In this document: piece by piece, positions 48,284 through 56,776 of the stretch
Layout of the letters: each line of letters starts with the position of its first letter
Numbering within the stretch: position 1 is the stretch's first letter
Translations under genes and position numbers: made by a program
Notes under the pieces: model-generated
The model's input: only the letters and a program-made list of their open reading frames with translations
Databases searched by the model: none
Told to the model about the DNA's origin: nothing
NCBI GenBank assembly: GCA_964388715.1
Contig: CAYMBN010000002.1
Span: 80,704 to 144,703 of the forward strand
Direction: 5' to 3'
Origin: an uncultured Methanosarcinales archaeon
GTDB lineage: Archaea; Nanobdellota; Nanobdellia; Woesearchaeales; CAYMBN01
Length of the DNA: 64,000 nucleotides

Positions 48284-49227
48284 AGTGCGTTATTGATTAT
48301 TTCAGTAATTCTATTTTTTAGTTTGTAAACATCTGTTCCTTCTTCAAAAAGATCTTCATAATCATTTACCTGAACTATGAATTTTTTTGAACCAAATGAT
48401 TTGTTTTCATCTGGTGAATAACCTACAAGTTCAAGGAATTCGTTGAAATTAAATTCTTTCACATAATTATCTATCTGATTTAAACTAGGTGCTTCTTCTC
48501 TTCCAATCTTGATTAAAGTGCCAGGAGTGTTTTTTCTTGGAATATTGTGGCTTTTTAGAAGAGGAAGTATTTTAAGGAAAATACTTCTAAAAACCTCCTC
48601 GTAAGGACCATCAGCATTTACTCTGTATTTGTAAGGAATAGGAAGAATATTATATTGGTGTAAAAAATCTTGCATATGTGCAATTGGTTCTTGGCTTATT
48701 TGTTCATTTTCATCAGGAGTATAATCTGCCTCTGAATCATGTTTATCAAAATCCTCATTACGTTTTTTGATTACTGGATCTCTTACATCAAGAAAAACAG
48801 ATGCATCATATTTAGGATGTAAAGCGTCAATACCAAAAATGTCAAAAAAGTTAAATCCAAAAAAACCAACTTGGTAAGGTGCGTGTGTCATTGTTGTTGA
48901 ACGTTTTGTGATAACTATCTTACCTTTGTTTAAAGCGTCTTTTATTTGCTTAATATGATATGTTCTATCAAAAGCGTATAATTGTGCTATTGTTTCTCTT
49001 GGTAATTCTAGTTTTTTCCCAATTTGTTTAGAAATTTCGTGTCTCCTTAATGCAACTTCTATAAGAAAGCCACCAATTGTTGAATAATCAGGGTATGTAA
49101 TAAGTTCTACGTCATAACCTAATTTGGTTAAAGCATAGCCTAGTAAAGCCCATTGAGTACCTTTACCTGATTTATCTGGACCTGTAACAGACATTAAAAA
49201 TCCAGTACGATTATTACTTGTGTACAT
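48280..49227 (-). CDS. Divergent thymidylate-kinase-like P-loop kinase with C-terminal extension
   Basis: GPDKSGKGTQ, YPDYSTIGG, LYAFDR. The canonical DRY appears as TKRS. Confidence 0.7.
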   Translation of the reverse strand: MYTSNNRTGFLMSVTGPDKSGKGTQWALLGYALTKLGYDVELITYPDYSTIGGFLIEVALRRHEISKQIGKKLELPRETIAQLYAFDRTYHIKQIKDALNKGKIVITKRSTTMTHAPYQVGFFGFNFFDIFGIDALHPKYDASVFLDVRDPVIKKRNEDFDKHDSEADYTPDENEQISQEPIAHMQDFLHQYNILPIPYKYRVNADGPYEEVFRSIFLKILPLLKSHNIPRKNTPGTLIKIGREEAPSLNQIDNYVKEFNFNEFLELVGYSPDENKSFGSKKFIVQVNDYEDLFEEGTDVYKLKNRITEIINNAL

Positions 49228-49281
49228 TTGAAAACCCCATAAAAAAAGAAGGAATAAGTTATTTATATGTTTATTGGTAGT

Positions 49282-49854
49282 CTAAACCTTAACATTATTC
49301 TCTCTAAGGAATTTGACTAAAGAACTCATTGGAGAGCCTATTGCAGTGAGATAGCTTCCGTTTAAGTATTCTGAAAATCGTACAGTACCTTCTCCTTCAA
49401 ATGCTCCTGCAAAGTGTGTAACTGGGTAACGTTTGATATAATCATTAATTTCATGATCAGTAAGTTCTCTGAACTTTACAGTACATTTTTCAACATTAGA
49501 AAGCATTTTTTTTGTTTTTGAGTTATATACTGCAATGCCTGCAATCATAACATGCTCTTGGTTTGATAGAGTCTTTAACATGTCATAAGCTTCTTGTTCA
49601 TCTTTAGGTTTTTCATAAATTTTGTTTTGGAAAATAACAAAGAAGTCACCACCAATTATGATAGCTTCTGGTTCTGTTTTTGCTATCTCTAATGCTTTTG
49701 CCTCTGCTAGTTGTTTTGCAAGTTGCATAGGATCATCATGTCTTATCTTTGATTCATCTATGTGGCTTGGTTTGCATTCGTAGTCTAAGCCAAGGATATC
49801 TAAAGCTTTCTTCCTTGATGCTGATTGTGATGCTAGGATTAGTTTCATAAACAT
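49282..49854 (-). CDS. maf: Maf-family nucleoside triphosphate pyrophosphatase
   Basis: LILASQSASR, IDE, LAEAKA, GGD, EKP, AGAF. Confidence 0.9.
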   Translation of the reverse strand: MFMKLILASQSASRKKALDILGLDYECKPSHIDESKIRHDDPMQLAKQLAEAKALEIAKTEPEAIIIGGDFFVIFQNKIYEKPKDEQEAYDMLKTLSNQEHVMIAGIAVYNSKTKKMLSNVEKCTVKFRELTDHEINDYIKRYPVTHFAGAFEGEGTVRFSEYLNGSYLTAIGSPMSSLVKFLRENNVKV

Positions 49855-49873
49855 GGAAATGAAGAGGTTGTTT

Positions 49874-50953
49874 TTATATTTTTCTTATGATTCCATTTTC
49901 AGCATCAACTTCAACAATGTCTCTGTCCTTAAATGTTTTTGTTGCGGTTTTTGTGTTGATTATGCACGGTATGTTTAGTTCTCTGCTTATAACTGCTGCG
50001 TGTGATAACATTCCTCCTTGGTCTGTGACTATTGCAGCTGCTTTGTGACAGAGTGGAACTAGTTCAGGGGTTGTGCTTTGCGCCACTAAGATGTCTCTGT
50101 GTTGCATTTTGGCTGCAACTTGATTTATCCTGTTTATGTCTGTTAGCATTGGAGCAATGACTACTTTACCTTTTGCTTTTCCTTTGTTTGCAGTGAGTCC
50201 TTTAAGAGTGTTGGATTTTTTTATTGGGGTTTTTATTTTGTTGTAAATGATTGATGCTTGTTGTGGGGTGAATTTGATAAGATTGTTGTTAATTTTAGTT
50301 ATTGCATATGAGGTTTTTCTTTGTTGGATTAGATCTTTGTCTGGCAAAATGTTATCAAATAGGTTTAGGATTTCATCTGAGTAAAGGTATATTGCATCAT
50401 CTGGGTTTTCAAGATAGTTGTTTGAGATTGTAGTTAGGATGTTTGGGAGAACACCATTCATGAATATGTATGCATTAAGAATTTCTCTTCCTTTAAATTT
50501 TAGTTTACCAAGGTCATCAAGGTTTTGTTTTAATACAGGGTTGTTGGTTTGTTTCATAACTTGATACGCTAGGTTGTGGTAACAGAATTCTGTGTAAGCA
50601 TATAAGTCCCAGAATGTAAGGTAATCTTTGAGTAATGATTGGAATTCTTGTTTTGTTATTTGGTTTGGAGGAGATTTATATTTTGGAATGATATTTTTTT
50701 TTGCGTAAGCAATGTGTTGTCTGAAATTTTTTGAATATTCTTGGTATTTTTGTTTGTTTGAGAAGAGTTCTAGTCCTTTTTGTTGGCAGAGTTGTTCTTT
50801 TTCTTTGTGGATGAATGTATGCCAGACTCCTTTATTAAAGACTATGAGACAATTTCCTAGGCCAAGTGCTGTTTTAAGGAAGAATTCACTATGGAGGCAT
50901 GTTACTATTCCATCTATTCTGAATAACGGTGAGTAGTTTTTTGGGTTTATCAT
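49874..50953 (-). CDS. PEP-utilising-enzyme mobile (phospho-His) domain protein
   Basis: C-terminal ILVAQSTTP...AIVTDQGGMLSHAAVISRELNIPC. No ATP-grasp or PEP-binding domain evident. Confidence 0.85.
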   Translation of the reverse strand: MINPKNYSPLFRIDGIVTCLHSEFFLKTALGLGNCLIVFNKGVWHTFIHKEKEQLCQQKGLELFSNKQKYQEYSKNFRQHIAYAKKNIIPKYKSPPNQITKQEFQSLLKDYLTFWDLYAYTEFCYHNLAYQVMKQTNNPVLKQNLDDLGKLKFKGREILNAYIFMNGVLPNILTTISNNYLENPDDAIYLYSDEILNLFDNILPDKDLIQQRKTSYAITKINNNLIKFTPQQASIIYNKIKTPIKKSNTLKGLTANKGKAKGKVVIAPMLTDINRINQVAAKMQHRDILVAQSTTPELVPLCHKAAAIVTDQGGMLSHAAVISRELNIPCIINTKTATKTFKDRDIVEVDAENGIIRKI

Positions 50954-51666
50954 TCTTCATCATCTGTCTCTTCTTCATTTTGTTCATCTTCTGAAATAAC
51001 TTTATTAATTGCTTCTGGAACAAGTTGTTTTAGTTCTTCAATTACCGCATCATATACTTTCTTTGAATCAGCAAATGCATTTTTTACTTCATCATCTGGA
51101 TTATTTGTAACATAGGCCTTGAGTAATTCTATTATTGGATTGTACTCAGAATTTCCATAGATTGTTTTTGCTTGCTTTAGGTTTGATTTTCCCATAACTA
51201 AAACAGCAATTACATGAGGATTTGGTTTTAGCTGTTCTTGTTTGTCTTTTAGGTATTCTGTTACATCTAATCTTTCTGCTGCTTCAAAACTGTGAACACC
51301 TTCTTCTAAGGAAAATCTTTGTCTACTTTTTTCAGCATATTGGTCAATTTTAGTTTTTAATTCTGAATCATCAGAATATTTTTTTTCTAATTCATTTTCA
51401 TTTTTTATTTTTCCTACTAAATTTTCTGCTTCTACTAAATGTTTTCTGTAAAAACCCCTTTTGTATCCATTTTTTATTACCTTTACTTTAGTAGAAAGAG
51501 GCATTTGGCCTTGTAGGATTTGATCAAGATGTGTTCCTGAGGAGATAACCTTATATTGATTGTTTAATTCTTTTTTTTCAAGATAATTGTTTCCTATAGC
51601 CGCTGCTATTGGGCTTCTTCCTTTGTTAGCTGTGCAACATATTTCTATAAGTTTTTGATATGTCAT
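50950..51666 (-). CDS. Low-molecular-weight PTP/arsenate-reductase-like phosphatase with insertion
   Basis: CTANKGRSP (CX5R) and VISSGT. Confidence 0.75.
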   Translation of the reverse strand: MTYQKLIEICCTANKGRSPIAAAIGNNYLEKKELNNQYKVISSGTHLDQILQGQMPLSTKVKVIKNGYKRGFYRKHLVEAENLVGKIKNENELEKKYSDDSELKTKIDQYAEKSRQRFSLEEGVHSFEAAERLDVTEYLKDKQEQLKPNPHVIAVLVMGKSNLKQAKTIYGNSEYNPIIELLKAYVTNNPDDEVKNAFADSKKVYDAVIEELKQLVPEAINKVISEDEQNEEETDDEE

Positions 51667-51706
51667 GTTAAGTTATGAAAAATCAAATAAATATATAAAA
51701 AAGAGT

Positions 51707-51721
51707 GTCCCCCTACGGGAC
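51707..51721. promoter_or_regulatory. GC-rich palindrome between divergent promoters, candidate TrmB operator
   Basis: GTCCC-CCTAC-GGGAC between the TATA elements of the PTP-like and TrmB genes. Confidence 0.5.
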
Positions 51722-51764
51722 TACTTTAGAAAGATTTATATATCTGTGGGGGTTTGGTTGTTGT

Positions 51765-52523
51765 ATGGAGTTAAGTGAATTAAGAAAGATTGGGTTAACA
51801 GAAGGAGAAATTAAGGTTTATGAGGCTTTATTAGACTTAGGAGAGTGTACTAAGACCAAGTTAGCTAAGAGATCTGGGATATCTCCATCAAATATTTATG
51901 ATGTTACAAATCGATTAATTGAGAAAGGTATTATTTCTAAAGTTGAGAAGAATGGGGTTGCGCATTTTAGTGCAGTACATCCACGGCATTTGATGGATTT
52001 TCTTGAGCAGAAGGAGGAAGAGATTCAAAAGGAAAAGGATTTTGTTAATCAGATCCTGCCGAGTTTGATGTTGAAGTTTCAGGAAGCTAAGGAAAAGGTT
52101 AATGTCGAGGTTTTTCAGGGTTGGAATGGTATGAAAACAATTTTTGAAGATATTATTGATGAATGCAAAAAAGGTGATAAGAATTATATTTTTGGAGCAA
52201 GTAAAGGTGAGAGTGATAAACAGGCTGACAGATTTTTTCTTAAATATTCAAAATTAAGAGAGAAAAAAGGGATCATTACAAATATAATATTTAATAAAGA
52301 TCTTCGTAATAGAAAAACAAGAGTAGACTTCTTTATTAAGTCAAAAAAATGTAATGTTAAATTTCTTAACCAGTCAACACCTGCTGAGATTTTGTTATAC
52401 AAGAATAAAGCTTGTATTATTATTTTAACTAAAGAGCCGTTGGTGATTAGGGTGAGTAGTAAAGAGGTAAAGGATTCTTTTAAACAATATTTTGATGTTA
52501 TGTGGAAGATTGCAAAAAAGTAA
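51765..52523 (+). CDS. TrmB-family transcriptional regulator
   Basis: MELSELRKIGLTEGEIKVYEALL...IYDV..RLIEKG; VEVFQG. Start re-called at ATG 51765. Confidence 0.9.
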   Translation: MELSELRKIGLTEGEIKVYEALLDLGECTKTKLAKRSGISPSNIYDVTNRLIEKGIISKVEKNGVAHFSAVHPRHLMDFLEQKEEEIQKEKDFVNQILPSLMLKFQEAKEKVNVEVFQGWNGMKTIFEDIIDECKKGDKNYIFGASKGESDKQADRFFLKYSKLREKKGIITNIIFNKDLRNRKTRVDFFIKSKKCNVKFLNQSTPAEILLYKNKACIIILTKEPLVIRVSSKEVKDSFKQYFDVMWKIAKK

Positions 52524-52565
52524 ATTTCAGTAATCTTTTTATATATTAAAATATATCTTTGTTAT

Positions 52566-54560
52566 ATGGCTGATGCTGTACTAGGAAAAAGAGGAGAAAA
52601 AGATTTTAAGTATCCATTAAGTACTTTGAAAAAGCATTTTGTTGCTTTAGGAGGGTCTGGTTCTGGAAAAACTGTTCTGTGTAAAGTGCTTATTGAAGAA
52701 GCTAGCCAGAAAGGTATTCCATGTATTTTGGTTGATCCACAAGGAGATCTTGCTTCACTAGCTATACCAAACAAAAAAAAGTTAAAAGTTGTTATTTTTA
52801 CGCCAACATCTTCAAAAGGTATTCCTATTTGTATTAATCCGTTAAGATTGCCTGAGCAGAAATTAGATAAGGAGGAATTAGTGTCTATTTTGAATCAGAT
52901 AAGTAGTGCGATTGTTCAATTGCTTGGTTATAAGATTGAGAGTGATAAAGGAAGGGGTGCTCAGTCTTTATTTTATACAATTTTAGAAGAAAGTTATAAA
53001 TCAAAGATTCCAATTGAAGATTTTGGTAATTTGGCTGATATGTTTGGAAGTCCAACAGAAGATTTAGTTAAACAAGCAGAAGAATTGCTTGGATCAAAGA
53101 ATGAATTAAAAGCATTGCATAGAAAAGTAAAATATCTTACAATTGGAGAAAAAGAATTGTTGTTTAATTTTGGTGTTCCACTTGATATTGATTTGTTGTT
53201 AAAGGCTGGGATATCTGTGATTTACTTGAATACACTTGGATCATTAAAAGATAAAGATTTTTTTGTTTCAATGCTTGGGACAAAGTTATATGAATGGATG
53301 ATTAGTAATCCAAGTGGTAAAGTGCAAGCTTTGTTTTATATTGATGAGATTTCATCTTATCTTCCTGCTGGAAATAAGTTGACTTTATCTAAGCCAATTC
53401 TTAATTTGATATATAAACAAGCGAGAAAGTATGGTGTTGGTTGTGTTGTGAGTACACAAAACCCAGGTGATATTGATTATAAAGCTTTTGCGCAGTTTGG
53501 AACATGGGCAATTGGTCGTCTGACAACTAAACAGGATAGGGATAAAGTTAAAGATGCACTTAAATCACTTGCTGCAAAAAATTTGGATAAGGTTGTTGGA
53601 CAATTGCCAAAGTTAAAACCTGGTAATTTTGTATTTTTCTGCCCTGATTTGTTTAAAAATATTGAACATCTTAAAGTAAGATGGTTATTAACAAAACATA
53701 AAACCTTGAATGAAGCACAAGTTAAAGCAGCAACAATACAACAATTAAGAGATTTTTATGAAAAGTTTGAAGTAGAGAAAAAACCAAAAGAATTGAAAGA
53801 AAGTAGTGGAAAAATAACAGTTGAAAAAGGTAAAGAACATTTTGACTTGAAAATAAATCATGATAAGATTCTTGAGATTGTACAAAAAAAGAAGAAAAAG
53901 ATGTTTGGTTTTTTTGGGCCTGATAAAGAACAACTTGATAAGGTTAATTTGGAGTTAAGACCGCTTTATTTGAGTACTGTGCGTGTTCAAGAGTCAAAGT
54001 TTCTTGGTTTAGGAAAGAAAATAAAGGAATATACTGTGTTTTTTGATGGAATTACTGGAAATGTTTTTACATTTAAAGGTCAAAAGTATCGATTGTATAA
54101 GTGGGAAGAGTTGTTTGGTTTAAGTGATGCACAGATTAAGTTATTAAAGGTTTTGAGAGATAGGAAATTGACTGTTGGTGAGCTTGCTTTGAAGATGAAG
54201 TTAACTGGAAGTGCTGTTTCTTCTACACTAAAACAATTGCAAAAGGATAAGATTGTTAGTTATGAAAAAGCTAAGAGTAATGTGAATGAATGGTTTTCAT
54301 TAGCAAAGATTGATGTTTCCCAGAAGATTGATAAGATTGATTCTGGAGAGTTTAATTTGAGTGATAAGAAAGTTGATGGTAAGGAAGTTAAGCCTAAGAT
54401 GAACATTAAAGAGATTTCTAAGATTGTCAGAGGGTGGTTTGGTAATGCTGACATTGTGAAAGCAAAGATTGTTTACTATCCTGTTTATGAAATTAAGTAT
54501 GTTGGTAAGAAAGGTAGCAGGAAAGTTTATGTTAGTGGTGTTGATGGTAATGTTCTATAG
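52566..54560 (+). CDS. HerA/FtsK-superfamily ATPase (DUF87/DUF853-like) with C-terminal wHTH
   Basis: Walker A GGSGSGKT, DPQGD, YIDE, QARKYG...STQNPGDIDYKA; HTH LTVGELALKMKLTGSAVSSTLKQL. Confidence 0.85.
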   Translation: MADAVLGKRGEKDFKYPLSTLKKHFVALGGSGSGKTVLCKVLIEEASQKGIPCILVDPQGDLASLAIPNKKKLKVVIFTPTSSKGIPICINPLRLPEQKLDKEELVSILNQISSAIVQLLGYKIESDKGRGAQSLFYTILEESYKSKIPIEDFGNLADMFGSPTEDLVKQAEELLGSKNELKALHRKVKYLTIGEKELLFNFGVPLDIDLLLKAGISVIYLNTLGSLKDKDFFVSMLGTKLYEWMISNPSGKVQALFYIDEISSYLPAGNKLTLSKPILNLIYKQARKYGVGCVVSTQNPGDIDYKAFAQFGTWAIGRLTTKQDRDKVKDALKSLAAKNLDKVVGQLPKLKPGNFVFFCPDLFKNIEHLKVRWLLTKHKTLNEAQVKAATIQQLRDFYEKFEVEKKPKELKESSGKITVEKGKEHFDLKINHDKILEIVQKKKKKMFGFFGPDKEQLDKVNLELRPLYLSTVRVQESKFLGLGKKIKEYTVFFDGITGNVFTFKGQKYRLYKWEELFGLSDAQIKLLKVLRDRKLTVGELALKMKLTGSAVSSTLKQLQKDKIVSYEKAKSNVNEWFSLAKIDVSQKIDKIDSGEFNLSDKKVDGKEVKPKMNIKEISKIVRGWFGNADIVKAKIVYYPVYEIKYVGKKGSRKVYVSGVDGNVL

Positions 54561-54640
54561 TTTCTAACTTATAGTTTAAAGATTAAGATTATTTATATAT
54601 AAAATAGACATTACTTTTTTTAGAAAAGGGGTTTTATTGA

Positions 54641-55510
54641 ATGATATTTATTACTTATTTGGATTATTTATTGTCACTAGCCAATATTGTAGACGTTGAA
54701 ACATGGAATGCTTTTCAAGAAATTGACAAGATGAGTGAATTAAGAGCAAGTATTGTTGGCTGGACAGAAAATGTTCATGCTAGAGAGGCTGGTTTTGATC
54801 TAGAAAAAATTATCACTAAAGAAGTTCAGGCATTGTTTTTTCCACCAGATTATGTAACTGATGATAAATATAGGGATATGGTACATAGGAAAGTATCTGA
54901 TCATTTTTCTGGGGATCTGGAAATAAATTATGGAGATCCACAACTTTTAATGGAATTATATGAAATAGCTGTTGCAAAGGAAGTTCTTGATTGTGAAAAA
55001 TACCTTTTATCATTACGATCATATAAGTATGGACTTAGAGAAGTCATAATACAAATTGATGAAAATAGAATAAATGATGAAAGTGGAGTAACCCCATATG
55101 GAATATTATTAAGTAAGTTAGGTAATGAATATCCTGAAATTAAGTTTGTATCTAATAAAAAACACTCCCGCTGGATTGTCAAAGATGAATTAAACAAATT
55201 ACAACAATTATATGCTTTTAATGGTAGGAAATTTGATGCAAAGGTTCTTCAAAATTTAACTGAACAATGGTTTCATCTTGGTGAATTAATGGATGGTCAA
55301 GAAAAAAAGGTTAATGCAATGGCAAAATTAGGAATTGCAAGTTGGGATCCTTTGAGAGATGGGATGGATGCAATTGCATATATACAATTTTTTTATAAAA
55401 AGGGAATCTCAGAATTTTTGTATCTTGTTTTAAAACATAATCAACATTGTTTAGGATCAGAAGGAAAGATAGCAAACCGTAGACTTCATCTTAATGGAAG
55501 AATTTCTTAA
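54641..55510 (+). CDS. Degenerate YprB/RNase_H_2-like DEDD exonuclease-fold protein
   Basis: IVDVETW, AFNGRKFD, LG...DG.DA, LKHNQHC (normally YN..D), with a large insertion. Confidence 0.55.
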   Translation: MIFITYLDYLLSLANIVDVETWNAFQEIDKMSELRASIVGWTENVHAREAGFDLEKIITKEVQALFFPPDYVTDDKYRDMVHRKVSDHFSGDLEINYGDPQLLMELYEIAVAKEVLDCEKYLLSLRSYKYGLREVIIQIDENRINDESGVTPYGILLSKLGNEYPEIKFVSNKKHSRWIVKDELNKLQQLYAFNGRKFDAKVLQNLTEQWFHLGELMDGQEKKVNAMAKLGIASWDPLRDGMDAIAYIQFFYKKGISEFLYLVLKHNQHCLGSEGKIANRRLHLNGRIS

Positions 55511-56198
55511 TTTTCTCTTTATCTGTTTTTACTCCTAGTTTACTGAAGAATCTGGCAATGTTCTTGCAGTCTCTTTCTAGTAATTCTTTGAATTGATGAC
55601 TTTCTTTGACACTTGCTTGGGAGAAATCAATTAATACAGGTGAATCATCGTGGTTTAGGATGTTGAATTCTGACAAATCACCATGGACAAGTCCTGCTTT
55701 GTGTAATTTTTTCATGTTTTCAATGACTTGTTTGTAGAATTTGTTTTTGTTTTTTGGGGGAAGATCTTTTAGTTTAAGCGCAGGTTCTTTGTGACCAATG
55801 AATTCTTCAACTAAAACATTGTATGATGCTGCGATAGGTTTTGGAACTCTTACTCCAGCTTGTCTTGCTTTTAAGAGGTTTCTGTATTCACGTTGTGTCC
55901 AGGCAAATATAGTAAGACGTTTTTTCTTTTTTAAGCCATGGAACCTTGGATCATATTTAAGATAATCATACATTTTGTTAAAATCACATGTTTCTAAGCG
56001 GTAGATTTTGACAATTACTTTTCCATCTCCTTTTTTAGCAGCAAAAACATTAGCTTCTTTACCCATAAACAGAGGACCAATGAGGCCATCAAAATGTCCT
56101 TGGGACATTAGTTTGAAAAGAAGTCTTTCTGTAAAACGATCAAATACATTACCCATTGTTTTCCATTCTTCTTTTGTTTTTCTTGCTCGGCGTGGCAT
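55491..56198 (-). CDS. rio1: RIO1 atypical Ser/Thr kinase
   Basis: GKEANVF, VKIYR, W..REYRNL, VHGDLSEFNIL, IDFSQ. Confidence 0.93.
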   Translation of the reverse strand: MPRRARKTKEEWKTMGNVFDRFTERLLFKLMSQGHFDGLIGPLFMGKEANVFAAKKGDGKVIVKIYRLETCDFNKMYDYLKYDPRFHGLKKKKRLTIFAWTQREYRNLLKARQAGVRVPKPIAASYNVLVEEFIGHKEPALKLKDLPPKNKNKFYKQVIENMKKLHKAGLVHGDLSEFNILNHDDSPVLIDFSQASVKESHQFKELLERDCKNIARFFSKLGVKTDKEKIKKFFH

Positions 56199-56271
56199 AA
56201 AATAAAGGTGTTTTTTAGACTTTATAAACCTAACCTATCTTATCTTATTCACTACTCCGGAATAGTCCTAA

Positions 56272-56455
56272 AACCGAAAGGTTTATATAGTAGTTATGCC
56301 TCTAGAATAGTAACAAGGAAGTTGGTGATATATCATTGTTATCTAAACACCTCTTTTCCCTAGCAATCCTCTTTAGGGGATTGCCTGGGTTTTTATGTTC
56401 ATGCTATCACCTCTTTTTCCCTGGCAAAAGGCTTCGGCTTTTTGCTGGGGTTTAT
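56272..56455 (+). ncRNA. Candidate small RNA with two anti-SD + hairpin units
   Basis: BRE/TATA AACCGAAAGGTTTATATA at 56272-56289. CACCTC-TTTT-hairpin-U-tract at 56348 and 56408 (60-bp period). G-U pairs and a UUCG loop indicate the + strand. Confidence 0.55.
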
Positions 56456-56469
56456 AATTACAAAATTTG

Positions 56470-56770
56470 ACCGAAAAAGATATAAATAAGGTAGAAATAT
56501 CATAATTAATGCCCGTTACGAGAGTACCCAAGGGAACTTACGGCAAAGCCAAGTTATGAACTTGGGAGTTAGTATTACGGGCAACAAATTCATAATCAAA
56601 AATAATAGAACAAGATCATCATTATCATTAAATCACTTGAATAAAAAAAGATTTAAGATACAGAAATAAGTGTAAAATCTTGTTCTACAAAAATAAACTA
56701 GAGAAAGGTAAATCACATGTTCATTATTCATGATTCATTGAAGGAACTTTTTCTAGTTAAACGGAGGTAG
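56470..56770 (+). promoter_or_regulatory. Promoter and ~265-nt structured 5' leader of dnaG
   Basis: ACCGAAAAAGATATAAATA at 56470-56488. Three consecutive stems (56510-56583, 56606-56687, 56696-56758), then SD GGAGGT at 56763. Confidence 0.6.
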
Positions 56771-56776
56771 AGAAAA

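Noticed and set aside
51705..51764. GTG-start extension of TrmB
   Set aside because: It spans the palindrome and TATA box; TrmB-like sequence begins at ATG 51765.
56290..56415. Minus-strand GAGGTG + ATG mini-ORFs (e.g. MNIKTQAIP)
   Set aside because: They are only 9-17 codons long, and the hairpin G-U pairs, UUCG loop and promoter all favour a + strand RNA.
56348..56455. Two 60-bp-period units as a mini CRISPR array
   Set aside because: Only two imperfect units with no repeat/spacer structure and no cas genes.
56510..56760. Possible SRP RNA or RNase P RNA
   Set aside because: Neither the SRP helix-8 motif nor the RNase P GAGGAAAGUCC motif is present, and most of the region is too AU-rich.
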